DNA of 64,000 nucleotides from Azolla caroliniana (Eukaryota; Plantae; Polypodiophyta). Below, piece after piece: positions 51,686 through 64,000 of this stretch. The DNA lies in contig JBHGNT010000006.1 in the NCBI GenBank assembly GCA_043228905.1, positions 2,170,001 through 2,234,000 of the forward strand. Direction: 5' to 3'. The notes beneath the pieces are model-generated. The model searched no databases and was not told the origin of the DNA. It worked only from the letters and a program-made list of their open reading frames with translations. The position numbers and the translations under genes were made by a program. Each line of letters opens with the position of its first letter. Positions within the stretch are counted from its first letter, which is position 1.

Positions 51686-54518
51686 TGGAGATCTAGCTAC
51701 AGATTTTTGATCCTTCACTCTCTGCTTGTAGACAGAAGAAAAGAAAACTAGTTTCCATACATTATCACATTGTTTCTTTAGGCAGATGAAAGATTAACAT
51801 AGAATCTACTCAAATTGCTCAGTTGCAGGCAACGTCACCTGATGTGCACAGATGTAATGCTTCCACAAAGAAATGTTGCAATAATATGGAGCAATACAAT
51901 AGAATATGCCTCCATTGCTTGTGACTATTTTTCCAGTTTTTTGCATTATATATACATACACATCATGTATGCACAAAATATGATTTCTTCTTTTTTGTGA
52001 TATGATATTCTGTATTCAAGGTTTAGGATAAAGATAAACCTTACAGTCAAATGTAATATATTTAACAAAATGCCAACTTGGATTGTGAATAAATAGCACT
52101 AGAATAAATCGAAATGCTCATGGGCACACAGGCCTCATATGAACTATAAATTGTGCCATAACTAAATGTCACCATAGAACCATGCTTTCAAAACAGCAGG
52201 AGCCATCAGATAATGCACTATAAGATGCAAGCAAAGGCATGGTGAACCAGAAACAGTGCACGGCAATGGGTTTTAGTTTGTGGCTCGTTCCAAAGGAGTA
52301 ATGGGTGATTGGGTTCTGTCAACAAATTGCAAGGCATTGAGGGTGAAGTATAAAGCAACAACAGTGCTTGACATAATCTAAGAGAGTTATGTTTGCTGCT
52401 CCTTAGAAGTTAGTGATGATATCGATGGATGTGACATGTCTTCTGTGAATACACTAAACAAGTGTCTGTGGGACAAAACTTGGGGTTCATACTGCTGGAC
52501 TTTGGTGGAGCAAATCAATACACAGACATAAAACAAAATGTTTCCTTGCATCAAAGTGTTTCCTTACACAGACACAAAATGTTTTCAGTTGATGAAAGTA
52601 TCATTGCATTTGCAGGTTGATGTTGCACGACATAATAGGTAGGTTAGAGATATTAAAGTTCAAATGAAAAGCATGGAAATTTCAGAAAACTTAGACATGC
52701 CCATTCTTATCCAAGAGAACATGCAATTAATGATGGGTTAGCAAAGGTCACTTGTTAGAGCTTATATGTATTAATATTATCCTTAGTGTACAGTGTCAAT
52801 GCTTGACTTGAGTACTTACTAAAGTTCTTGACAAGACCAACCAATCATTTCATGATGAGGTTGTGATTTTGAACTATGTTATGTGAGGTATTTGATGAAG
52901 CACGAGACTTGGGTTGGGGAAATGATTGATATTGTTTGGAAGACACTACTATCAAGAATATTCTCGTAACTCACTAAGCTGGCAATGACAATAATTTTTA
53001 ATGCAGAAGTTGAATATAAACTTCAATACTTTGCAATATTAAGACATTACCGCTATGTAATGAAGTTGGGAAGAATCATATTTCCAATGCTCATGTGAAT
53101 GGATGTGATTAGTTGGTTGAACCACATTTGCCAAAAATTTAGACTCATGTTTTTATAGCCCAATGAGGATTAGAGTTTGTCTTGAGCACTTGACCATGTT
53201 TGGATAATTGTCCATGTCTCGTCACTATTATGGAGGGATCATAAATGTTCATGGATGTAAAGATAATATCTGATTCAACAAAGAATTTAATCATGACCCA
53301 AATGGATCACTCACAAAATATAATCCAATAATGGTTTTAAAACAAAAGCGTGCATAATAAAATTTTGACTTGTTAATGAATTTATACGTGTATTGATGTA
53401 ATCAAGCTAGGATGATAGCAAAAAGGGGGATTGCTAACATGATCACTGCACCTATATGCTATACTACGCCATTCAAATATTGTTTTGTGAAGCGAGGCAA
53501 AAGAAGATTTATTAGCTCTTTTGGTAGACAAGTGCAATATCACATGGGTCATTCAATAATGATGTTACGAGGCCAACCCATTTTATGTGAAATGCATAAG
53601 GTGGGGTGGCCTATGTGAAAGGAAACGAAGAGGGTAAGGTTTCTTTGCTCTATAGAGCTTTAGGACCTTGACAATACTAGTTATAGGACCTTGCCAAAAG
53701 GTTCACTGACTTAATAATAACTACACACCCACAATACATACATATTATAGGAGAGAGAGAGATAGATAGAAGAGACAACGGTTGACGATTCATACATACA
53801 AAGAGATAGAAGATTGGGAGGGAGATAAGAGGGGTCGCCCCCCTTCCCCTGCCCCTCTCTGTCTCATACATTCATTCATTCATTCATGCCAATCCTTGCG
53901 CTTTGTGAGATATGTTGGAGACGTGAGTACTGAATCTCAAGGTACGCATCATGAAAGAAAGAGAGGCTCTTATGTACAGCCGTCCGTATGCATATATGCA
54001 TGCATGCATGCATTTGTTTGTGCGTACTTATGGAGATGCAAGCCGGCCTAAATGGAGGTATGCATGAGTACTGCTTGAATGTACTACATATGTATGCAGG
54101 AATCCATGTAGGTATGTAGATATGTATACATTTGTGCATGGATGCATGCATGAAAGTAGCAATGTGTGCATGCAGGTAGCAATCTACATATGTATGCAAG
54201 CATGTTTGTGCATACAATTAAAGGAATTCTCCCTTGGGTAGTTTTATCATCTTCATTTCATTTTGATGTCACTTCTCTAGACTCCATTCAGAAATCGAAG
54301 TGTTGGGATTATGGTGTAGGCCACTTTATGAACAATCACACACTCTAGTAGAAATGCTAGGGTTAGACTATGTTGATCTTACACTGGTTGATATGGAGGT
54401 TAATTATACTCCATTCTTAAGATGATTGTCTCGGACATTTGGAACAAATTTTTATTTCTTCAAATGTGATGCAAAGTGTAGGATCCAGATAGTGGACATT
54501 TGAAGTACATTACCTAAA

Positions 54519-55657
54519 ATGGCAAATGCGGGCAATGTTGTCTACGAGGAGAATGATAAGCCGCGGATGGGTGCCATAAGGCCATCATTCCATAAGAATG
54601 TGCTGCTTTTGAAACCGAGGCTAGGAGCGGTAAGATACTTCATTACTACATCCATGAAGTTTAAGAATTAAACCATATATTTGTGTTGCATAGATGCTGG
54701 ATTATAATTCTCTTATTGGATATCGAAACCTAATTATGTATTATGAATGTTGCTTCCTCTCAACTCAGACAAAACAAATCACCACAAACATTCCTGATAA
54801 AGATTGGATCTATGGAATTTGCAATGATTATGACCAAGAAGGTGTCAAAGAAGTTCTTGTTCATAAAGAGAATCTGCCTGACCTAGAGAAAAAGAGAGGC
54901 CCAAATATTCTTGCCATGAACAAACTCGCAGCAATAAGGTACATGTTTATGGCATGGGTGATCAACAATGGCTAACACAAAAGTGAATGCTTCTTATATG
55001 TAGATGTAGATAATTCTCAATCTTATGCTTGCATGTGCTCATTGTAGACATGTCTCAAAAGCTTGTCAACAACAACCATTCAGAAAGAAGCATCTTATTC
55101 GGCTTCATATCAGTCGGCGTGTTGTAAGAAACAGCAACTTTAATGTGACATTATCTAATAAAAAACATGATTTGTTGGGTAATTTCCTTGATTAAAGATT
55201 TCGTGTTCCATAGGGTAAAAGTCCATCATCAAAGCTCCCATCGGAACTAGATTCAAACTACATCTATGGGAGACCAGACGAAGAGTAACTTCTATATCTC
55301 TCTCTTTGTCATAACTCCTCTAAATGTTGCCTCATCATCATTATTAAAGTGATGTAAAATTAAATCCCATTAACTTGGCATTGTGCAAATGGTAGGGGTG
55401 AGGAGATGTGGAAAATCATGGAACACGGATATTCCGATGAATGGATAAACATGAATCGACAACATCAACATTTCTGTGCGGAGCAAAAACCAAACTTTAA
55501 ATGCCCCGTTTGGACTAATAGTGCCAAACTAAAGTTTAGAGAAACTGCTAACAAGATGCATTTGAATCCACCAAAGGAACGATTCATAATCTCAAGATTT
55601 AAGAATGTGCCGAAGAAAATTGATAACTACAATCCTACACCTCTAAAGCGAGACTAG
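54519..55657 (+). CDS. CFAP77: Cilia- and flagella-associated protein 77 (DUF4483), 229 aa
   Basis: Exons 54519-54629, 54769-54938, 55048-55123, 55214-55284 and 55396-55657 (690 nt, all GT-AG, phases consistent). The protein reads MGAIRPSFHKNVLLLKPRLG...IPDKDWIYG...EGVKEVL...GPNILAMNKLA...FRKKHLIR...LP....YIYGRP...IMEHGYSDEW...FIISRFKNVPKKI, following the CFAP77 motif order. Probable 5'-UTR intron at 53942-54481. Confidence 0.8.
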
Positions 55658-56255
55658 AGATAGTACCACATCTCTCAACATGGTTTCCACACATTTTAAG
55701 GAATTCTTTCTAGTTCTCCTAATGCATATGACCATAGAAATTCATGGTTATTTTTTGTAATTCCTTAACATGTTAAAATGAGGTTTCTACCTTCCTCTTT
55801 CTTCTTTAACGTATTAAGGTTAAACCCTAGTGGTGAGGCATTTTGTGCTTTGCAATGTTAACATTTGTTACAAACATATCCATCATTTTATTTGGAAGCA
55901 TGCACGCTAAAAGTTAGCTCGAGTTCGTAACATATAGATTGTTGCTCTTCCACATTCGTACATGGTGTGAAATCAATAGCATTTCCTTGGTGTCTCCATA
56001 AGTTCTATGTTCACAAGTTAAGAAAAGATTTGGTTTAAACTTTAAACCTAATCATGTATTATGTATATATTATTGTGTATATTAAAAGATTTACATCTTG
56101 CATAACTGTAATGCCCCACGTGTCTATGGAGCTTATAATGCTATAGTAATACATGGAATAACTCATGAATAGGTATGATCTCAACTGAGTTGTTTAAATG
56201 TAGGATGCCCAGAGTTCCTGACCAAATATTTTGACGTTCAATTCCCAAAACCAAC

Positions 56256-56670
56256 TCACGATTTAGAACGAATATCCTTGAAAATTTGTTGCACCATGTC
56301 GGCGAGGTCATCCACACTAAGCTTACAATCAATTCCAATCTAGTGCATATCCAATATAGCATGAAGACATACAAAACCTATAAGTAACTTTAATCCAATG
56401 CATTTAAGATGAAATTTGACAATTACAAAACATACAAAACCTATAAGTAACTTTAATCCAATGCATTTAAGATGAAATTTGACAATTACATGCAAGACCG
56501 ATTATGTCAAATTGTTTAGGAATGTTGATTCTATGGCACAAAGTACTTGTAGAAGAATGTGGGCATGATTCTAGAAACATCCTGAGGAACCTTCAACATG
56601 ATGTGCATGATGTGAATGGGAGTCATGCATTTGTCTCTTCATTAGCTCACTCCTATGCTCCCAAGTAGAG

Positions 56671-56724
<54 letters not shown>

Positions 56725-58756
56725 ATCTGTGTGTGTGTGTGAGACTAAACCCTTCTAAGAGAGAAAGAGAGTACACCCACATGTGTGTGGGTTTAGGGTT
56801 TAGTCTCACACACACACACACACACACATGTGTGTGTGTGTGTGTGTGTGTGTGAGTGAGATCAAACCCTAAACCCTAAACCCTTCTAAGAGAGAAAGAG
56901 AGTGCACCTTGAGTGTGAATGTGTAGAGGAGAATGCCATCGTGTGGGGTGGCGATGGCGAGGTGGACGACATGGAGGTTAAGGTGCTCGAGGGCCTCGAC
57001 CAAACCCGAGAGCTGCTCGTGCCGCCCGTGCCTCACACACAATGCCCTCAGCTTGACCTCGGTGCCGCCCACTACCATCACCTCCACCTCCGCCTCGTCC
57101 GATCTTCGCAATGCCACCATCTCCCCACAATCTTGTGTCCGGCTTCCGCCGTCACATCCAATGTCCGGCTCCCTCCGCTTCCGGCCCACATTCCCGGGCT
57201 TTTGGCCCACGTTATTATCGGCACCCTTTACGGCCTCCGCTAAGCATTTCCGCCGCCTCTTCTGTGCCTCCAGGGAAGCTAGCAGCTGCTCTAACTCCTT
57301 CACGAACTCCACCACTCCCCCTATTATTGACGCCTGATCCCCCTGATACATGTATTCAATTCAATTCAATTCTACAGTTAACTACAGATTCCATCCAAAA
57401 ACGCTCCATTTACATGGGATGCCTCATCATACCCCCCCCCCCCAGTACATACATGCATCCAATTTACAATGATTTACAAATTTACATTGTCCACAATTAG
57501 CTATGGCGATTAATTGCACTAATCTCTCGTATGCAACGCACTTGCTTGGTTACCGTAATTGCGGCGATTTTTATGTTATCAAAGCTGCATACGAAGAAGT
57601 AATTAATGTCTTAACCGCATTTAACTAACGGAGCTAATGACGTTAATGTGGGCTAAGCATGTCCTGTCCATCGCTCTGGTTCAAAGAATTAAGATTTTAT
57701 GTCATCAAAGCTGCAATTGAAGCTATTTATGTCTTAATCTCATTAACTAATGGAGGTAATAACGCTAATGTGGGCTAAGCACGCCCTCTCCGTCGCTCTG
57801 AGATTCAGAGAATTAAGATTTTATGTCATCAAATCTTTATAGGAAGCTATTCATGTCCTAACCTCATTAACTGACGGAGCTAATGACGCAAATGTGGACT
57901 AAGCACGCCCTTTCCGTCGCTCTGAAATTCAAAGAATTAAGATTTTATGTCATAAAATCTTCAGATGAAGCTATTTAGGTCTTAACCTCCTTAACTAATG
58001 GAGCTAATGACGGTAATGTGAGCTAAGCACGCCCTCTCCATCGCTCTGACATTCAAAAGAACTAAGATTTACCCGCTGCGCATAAGATGCGGGCATGAGG
58101 GAGCGTAGGACACCGATGTGATCGTTCATCTGCCTGCGGCGGTTTCTCTCCACAGAGATGTGCGCCTTCTTTGGCGGCCCCTTTCCAGGATTACACGCAG
58201 CTACTGCGTTTCCTGTGACATTCACCACAGATCTCTCCCCCGCCGCCGTTTCGGAGGTTCTGGCCATGGCTACCGCTTCCGCTTCCGATTCCATGTTAAG
58301 GGAGCCTTCGAGGCTGCGCCTGATCTCTCTGCAGCACTTCATTACTCCATCCTGATCGATCTCGCTACTTGCCACACTGATCCGATCGTTGTGGATCTCA
58401 ACAAGCGATGGCAGCGCCATTATCGATCGGAAGTGGGGATCGTACTCATACTGATGATCCTCATAGTAGCAATCAAACCCTTCTGCAGAAGCAGAAGCAG
58501 CAGCAGCCATTGACATGAGAGCGGGAGGGTAATTAAGATGAGCTTGGGCATCAGGAGGTGGGTAATTAGCGGGTTGAGGCAGCCTAATTGCGTCGTCAGG
58601 GGAGTAATTAAGAGGGTTTGGGGCGTCATTAGGAGGATGGGCAAGATGATTTGGGATGGAATTGAGAAGCATACCGTAATTAGACATTGGGTGGTCATAT
58701 GGATCCATCAGGAAATCGGAAGAAGGGTCGAGATGGGCAGGTGTGAAACCGCCCAT
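56256..58756 (-). CDS. bHLH subgroup Ia transcription factor (SPCH/MUTE/FAMA/SMF-like)
   Basis: Exons 58756-58073, 57342-56908 and 56339-56256. HISVERNRRRQMNDHIGVLRSLMPASYAQR|GDQASIIGGVVEFVKELEQLLASLEAQKRR, plus a C-terminal ACT-like/SMF region (AEVEV...LEHLNLHVVHL.I.T...LLYTFTLK|IGIDCKLSVDDLADMVQQIF). Confidence 0.9.
56367..56490. repeat. 63-bp tandem duplication in bHLH intron 2
   Basis: acatacaaaacctataagtaactttaatccaatgcatttaagatgaaatttgacaattaca occurs at 56367 and 56430. Confidence 0.95.
56671..56907. repeat. Nested (CA)n/(TG)n inverted repeats with telomere-like AAACCCT units
   Basis: tgtgtgtgtgtgagactaaaccc (~56730-56752) is inverted as gggtttagtctcacacacacaca (~56796-56818). There are flanking (CA)n/(TG)n palindromes and (aaaccct)x3 at ~56864-56884. 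Confidence 0.9.
57566..58070. repeat. ~124-bp minisatellite, about 4 copies, filling most of bHLH intron 1
   Basis: agattttatgtcatcaaa...gaagctatt.atgtcttaa...attaactaa.ggagctaatgacg..aatgtgggctaagcacgccct..c.tcgctctg...ttcaaagaatta is repeated up to the donor site. Confidence 0.92.
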
Positions 58757-60733
58757 ACTTATTATACTTTATGAGTTGTGTGTGTAAGAAACAAAAAAGG
58801 GCAAGAGTTCGAACCACTTCTAGGATCACTAGCTTCCAAGCAAAACAAATGATCCAAATAGAAGGGATTATATATAGATTTTGTGAGATAGAGACATACA
58901 TGCATACATTTATAAGTGTGTGTGTGTGTAGGAAAGAGAGAAAGAGACACAAAGTGTCACGCACATGGACACCCTTGGGATCAAGTGTTTCTTTCTAATA
59001 ACTCCACATTCAATACACATCTCAATGTCTCTATCATATTATATATACAGTCTTACAGACATATACCCCCCCCCCCCCATGGATGTGCTCGACCATGGCC
59101 CATAGTGTCTATTCCTATTGAACCACATGAATGTGGATTCACAACAGATTCATCCATTTCTATTGAATTACCACGATGTCGATCCGAAGTGAAGTGTCCA
59201 CTTGTATTGAATCTCCTGGATGTAGGCATCCATTTCAATTGAACTACCTCGACATCTATCCCTAAAGTGTTCGTTGCTATTGAAATTGTCCATCTCTATA
59301 TGAATCCCTTGCGTATGAGACTAGTAGTCAAAACATCGTATTGTGTTCCTGCTCACTTAGGAAGAGGGCACAAACATTAGAGCCATGTGTGTTCTAGTTA
59401 TGTTCTTTGCTTCGTACCACCTGAGAAAAAAAGTGGCAATGGACACGAGAGTGTGTGTACATAGGTACTTATCGGTAAAGAGAAGATGGACATAAGATTT
59501 ACAACCTATTGACTTAGTACACACCACCACTTGGATCTTGGAGAAAATGTCATTGGGCCAAACTCAAGAATCGGAAAGGAATTCTAATTGTCATCATTGT
59601 TCCATAGAAACCAATTGGAAACAATCAACATTGCCAATCCTTGACCTTCGTCCTCATCGTTGTGCATGCCATATTTGTTCAATTTATAGGACTTAATCGA
59701 CACATGACAAGTTACAACCCCCTCCCTCATTTGTTGACCCAAATTAATATCATATGTTAACGTCCCACTAATCATGACAATGACTTACATTAAGACACCA
59801 TTATTCTTGTCATCACCAAGTGAATTTGTGCAATCACGTATACATATACCACCACATAAAATAGGCTCATTGATAAGACTCCTATGATGACTATATAAGT
59901 TCTAAACCATATGAAACATAAATGCTTCCAATTTACAGACCAATTGATTGTTTTAAGTACATACTAAAATCTATGTTGCACATGGATCAAGATTGTAGCA
60001 CATTGCCTTGCTTAGTTTGCTGAACTTAAGACACATTATTTGATTTTCTTGATAACTTCCTTTAGCACCAAAAAGACAAAATCTGTATAGGAGTATATAT
60101 TATCTCTTATTTATGTAGGAGGCTCGGCCCTCTAAATGTCAATTCATTTAGGGTATATTATCAAACTAGATTTCTTGATATATGAAGCCAAATTATATAA
60201 GCATTAAATTCTCAATCCATGTGATTACATATTTAGGGTTTATAGAGGCATATGATCTCACAGTTGATTGGAACATTTATGTTGGATGTATGTGAATAAA
60301 TGCCGCCCTCATTTAATGTGCACTTTGCTCAATGCATGAGACATCATCCATGTATCATTTAATGTCGTCTTGGATATGAAGTTATGCTTATTTTGGAAGT
60401 GTTGTTGATAAAGGTTTTGCAAATATTCTATACTTACAAGGTCCTAAATTCGTCTCTATACTTAAGTTGTTGGTGAAACACATAATTCACCATAGCCTTG
60501 AGAAAATTGCAAGGGACATAAAAGTGATGCAAGGTATACCTCTTCGTACAAACATATGGGATAAGCTAGGGATGAAGAAGTTACGTGTTGTCTCAGATTT
60601 TTAATATATTTTGAAGGCTTACCATGGTGGAAATCAAATTATGGAATTTTTGAAGTTTCATAATGCCTCCGTGTCATTAATTATCTTTTGCACATCAAAG
60701 TAATATAATATGTGACCTCATCTTAATCAATTG

Positions 60734-60800
60734 TTGCATCTCCTAAGTTTCATCCCTTCTTGCATCTCCTAAGTTTCATCCCTTCTTGCATCTCCTAAGT
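60734..60800. repeat. 26-bp tandem repeat, ~2.6 copies
   Basis: ttgcatctcctaagtttcatcccttc starts at 60734, 60760 and 60786 (the last copy is partial). Confidence 0.95.
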
Positions 60801-61148
60801 AGAAAAGTTTATCTTTTATGGGCAATTTGCGAAAATAGGCTTATATGTAATAGACTAAGCACTAATCACATGAAAATTAACACCAAGCACACACATATAT
60901 ATATTTTAGTAAAATTTGCTTTACTTATTTATTAAGTGCGTGCACTCTATCGAGTGTTTCAAATACTTAGTTAGCAAATGCACTATCAAAATGAGAAGGT
61001 GGTATGACGAGATGGTAATAAATTAAATATAATCTATTACAACACTAAATATATCATATGTGATATGGATTGTAAATGAGATATCTATCACTATAATCAT
61101 AGTCCACTATAAATCTCTAAACATGCGACAATTGAATGTAGTAAGCGG

Positions 61149-61592
61149 GTCGTGTGCTTCTAAAAGCTTCCACGTGGTTTTCCACAAAACAATGCTATCG
61201 TTTACCCTAGACAGGGGTTGGACTTGCCGATGGAATATTTCATGAAGAGAATGGGTTCAACGAGGAACAATTTCCATGGGTTCCCCCTAAACTTCAATAA
61301 TAAGGAAAGCGTGCCAAACACTACTTTGCACAACTTGTGTGTGTATGATGTTTGATTGGAGGTAACATTGCCCATGCACAACTTGAGTCGTGTGCTTCTA
61401 AATTCTTCAATGTGGTTTTCCACAAAACCAATGCCATCATTCATCTAATATAGGGTTGGATTTGCCAAGTAGAATATTTCATGAAGAGAATGGAATCATC
61501 AAAGAACAATTTCCATGGCCCCTCAATTTCAATCATAAGAAACCATGCCAAACATTACTTTGCACTTGTTCGTGTATGACGTTTGATTGGAC
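61149..61592. repeat. Diverged ~238-bp tandem duplication
   Basis: gtcgtgtgcttctaaa..cttc.a.gtggttttccacaaaac...gaatatttcatgaagagaatgg...tgtatga.gtttgattgga occurs at ~61149 and ~61387. Confidence 0.85.
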
Positions 61593-64000
61593 TCGTGGTG
61601 TCCACATTGAGCATCATGTCACAAAAAGTCTTCAATAAAGGTGAACTTTATGTAGTTATATGTTAGATGCACTTTTGCTCTATTTGGTTTGGACTTCCCC
61701 GCGGTAAATTGAGTCACATTAATTATCAAAAGAAAAAAACAACTACTCATAACTGAATGGTGGATAATGACCTTGGGATCTCTCTCTAAAACACATGTAC
61801 AAAAAAAGATGGCATATATATAAGGGACACCACAATATGTAGGAAAGGTCACTCCACGTACAAAAGGTGGAGAGATACATAGATTCATTTATCTTGCATT
61901 GATGAAGAAATCTGATATTCTATAAATTCATGGCTATCACCTTTTGAGTTATGTTATTACTATTTATTTTGTAGTTCAATGCCCATGGCAACTTATCCAT
62001 GACACCATCCCCTCCCTTCCTCCCTTTTGAGAAACCCATGTGTTTATATCCACCATGCAACATGCATGTGTTTATATCCACCACCATGCATTCATTCATT
62101 CACTCATTCATTCATTCATCATATCTTTGTTAAGATTGGGGATTTTATGTATCGCATGCATTTTGTACATTGCATGATATGCGCCATTAAATATTGAAGA
62201 ATCTTGGATTTATTTTAGTAGTAGAAACCAAGGATACTCCATATTCTTCATCACTTTGTGTAGTTGATTACAAAATTTAACACTGGAGGCACAATTGGGT
62301 ATGAGAATGTGTACAATATATGCTTAGTACAAAATGTCCAAACTTTCATTCCAATTTGCAGATGTGGGTGGTACTATGGTTGAGCTACAATGACAACATT
62401 CATGCTTCCATTATTTACAATAATACAATCATTTGGAATATGTCCATGGGTGTATGTGCTTGTGTCTTGTGTTTTATATTGTACGCATACTTACGGATTA
62501 AACCACAACTTATTCTATGATTTTGCAATTTTGAAGAAGGTATTCATACATTACGAATGTAAAGAAAATCTAGGCATCATGAATAGATTTCTTTTCAAGT
62601 TTTTTCAGCAATTGATTCATACAAACTTCAAATTGGGCAAATAAAGTAGAAAGGATGACTGGTTTGGGAGACATAAAAACCCATGATAAATCGGACGTCA
62701 ATTGCAACCACATGACAACACTAGGCTAGATGTTGACATACTTTGATGTTTATGTTGTATAAGTGCATAGAATGTATGTTAACCAATCTCGATAGTTGGT
62801 GGAAAAGTATGCAATTTTCCATAAGGGATTATCAATCATTGAGATCTCTTAAGTTTCTTGTGGGGATAGTATGCCCATAAAAAACACATGGGTTTCGGGT
62901 TTACGTATACTAAGGTTGATCATATATCAAGTGTAACCTAATATATACCACACGTGTTACATTGTGGATGCACATCTAGAATACGACTCAAAACCTTCAA
63001 TGAAGCACTAATGAAGATCACTTGGAGCCTTCAAGATTATGGGAGACATGGTATAGCCTATATATTATAAAAGAAATATAATTTACTATTAATAACAAGA
63101 TAGTATTGGAGACTTGGACGACATTGAAGAAAAAATGAGGGAATGTGACTTGTTTATAACTTGAACAAGCAAGAAACAAAATTGTGTCGCTGAAAAAACA
63201 TATTGAATAAACTTTGGAGAAATTTACCAAATGTTCCCACATATTGAATAAACTTGCTTGCCTCACTCCATAACTACATTGCTTGAATTCTTTTGCATAA
63301 CCCTAATTTGTCCATGAAATATAGCCATATTAAATGGTGTCCCCTGCATTACCTTATCGAATCAAAGCCCAATATTTGCAAATATCCTAGTAGATTTTGG
63401 TGAATCGGAAAAGATAATCTACCCCAAATACAACAATGAGTTTTCCAGCTTTCTCCAAAAAATGGCACATAAGTGAATGTAAGAACTTGGCACCTCAGAG
63501 AAACCTTGTCTCCATTAGATTGATTATGTACAATATATTCTTATAGAATGGGCTACATCCATTTGTCATGATAATTGCAGTTTGTGCAAAATGTGAGAAC
63601 TACGCATGGTTCTTCTGGTTCACAATGAGCTAGTCATTCCAATATGTTTCTCAAATCTAGAAAAGATGTATGGCACTGAACAATGTGCCCTCGTTCGTAT
63701 AAAAACATCTTTAGTGCAGTCAACTTTTTGTTGAGTTTGTTCAATGGCTTTGATTGTACATATATAAGGTATACATTTTCTCCCAGAAAAGTTAGACCCA
63801 TAATGATACATGGTCATCTCCAAAGTTAGGAATGATGACATCATAATACCAAGTAGATAAGTGTAGATCATTGCTCGGATTCATATGCATAGATCTCTAA
63901 CCTTCAAGGATAAGAATAAATTCTGGTATGTATCTATCATGACAAAAACAAATACCTCCCAACAGAGAGGATCCAGACAAGCTGTTTAATCTATAAATGA

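Noticed and set aside
56790-56884. Telomere or chromosome end
   Set aside because: Only two to three TTTAGGG units inside an intron, so interstitial.
56750-56907. miR156/miR529-like sequence (aagagagaaagagagtgcac)
   Set aside because: Several mismatches to the mature miRNAs and no miRNA* arm. It is explained as a CT-rich intron start and its duplicate.
59300-64000. Short ORFs upstream of the bHLH gene
   Set aside because: No recognisable domains or consistent splice structure. Probably decayed repeats and intergenic DNA.

Overview
AT-rich eukaryotic nuclear DNA from a seed-free land plant, most likely a fern. This is inferred from fern-style PLS-class PPR genes, a ciliary CFAP77 gene (implying flagellate sperm) and a stomatal-lineage bHLH Ia gene. 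I reconstructed 11 apparently intact protein-coding genes by hand from splice sites: a divergent SGS3-like zf-XS/XS/coiled-coil gene, a PLS-E PPR, an organellar alkaline/neutral invertase, an intronless SFR2-like GH1, EAF7/MRGBP, an anchorless UDP-glucuronate 4-epimerase-like SDR, a mitochondrial RRM protein, a GONST5/UDP-GalT1-like nucleotide-sugar transporter, TIC21/PIC1, CFAP77 and an SMF/FAMA-like bHLH. There is also a PPR pseudogene, Copia, LINE and possible hAT remnants, and many 25-250 bp local tandem duplications. Four observations stand out: (1) a ~340-nt densely base-paired putative RNA antisense within invertase intron 1; (2) an intronless SFR2 paralogue with a signal anchor and a C-terminal QHEL, suggesting secretory/ER retargeting; (3) an atypical soluble, intron-containing GAE-like enzyme; (4) the clustering of four sugar or nucleotide-sugar genes within ~29 kb. 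All identities come from motif recognition; no database searches were run.
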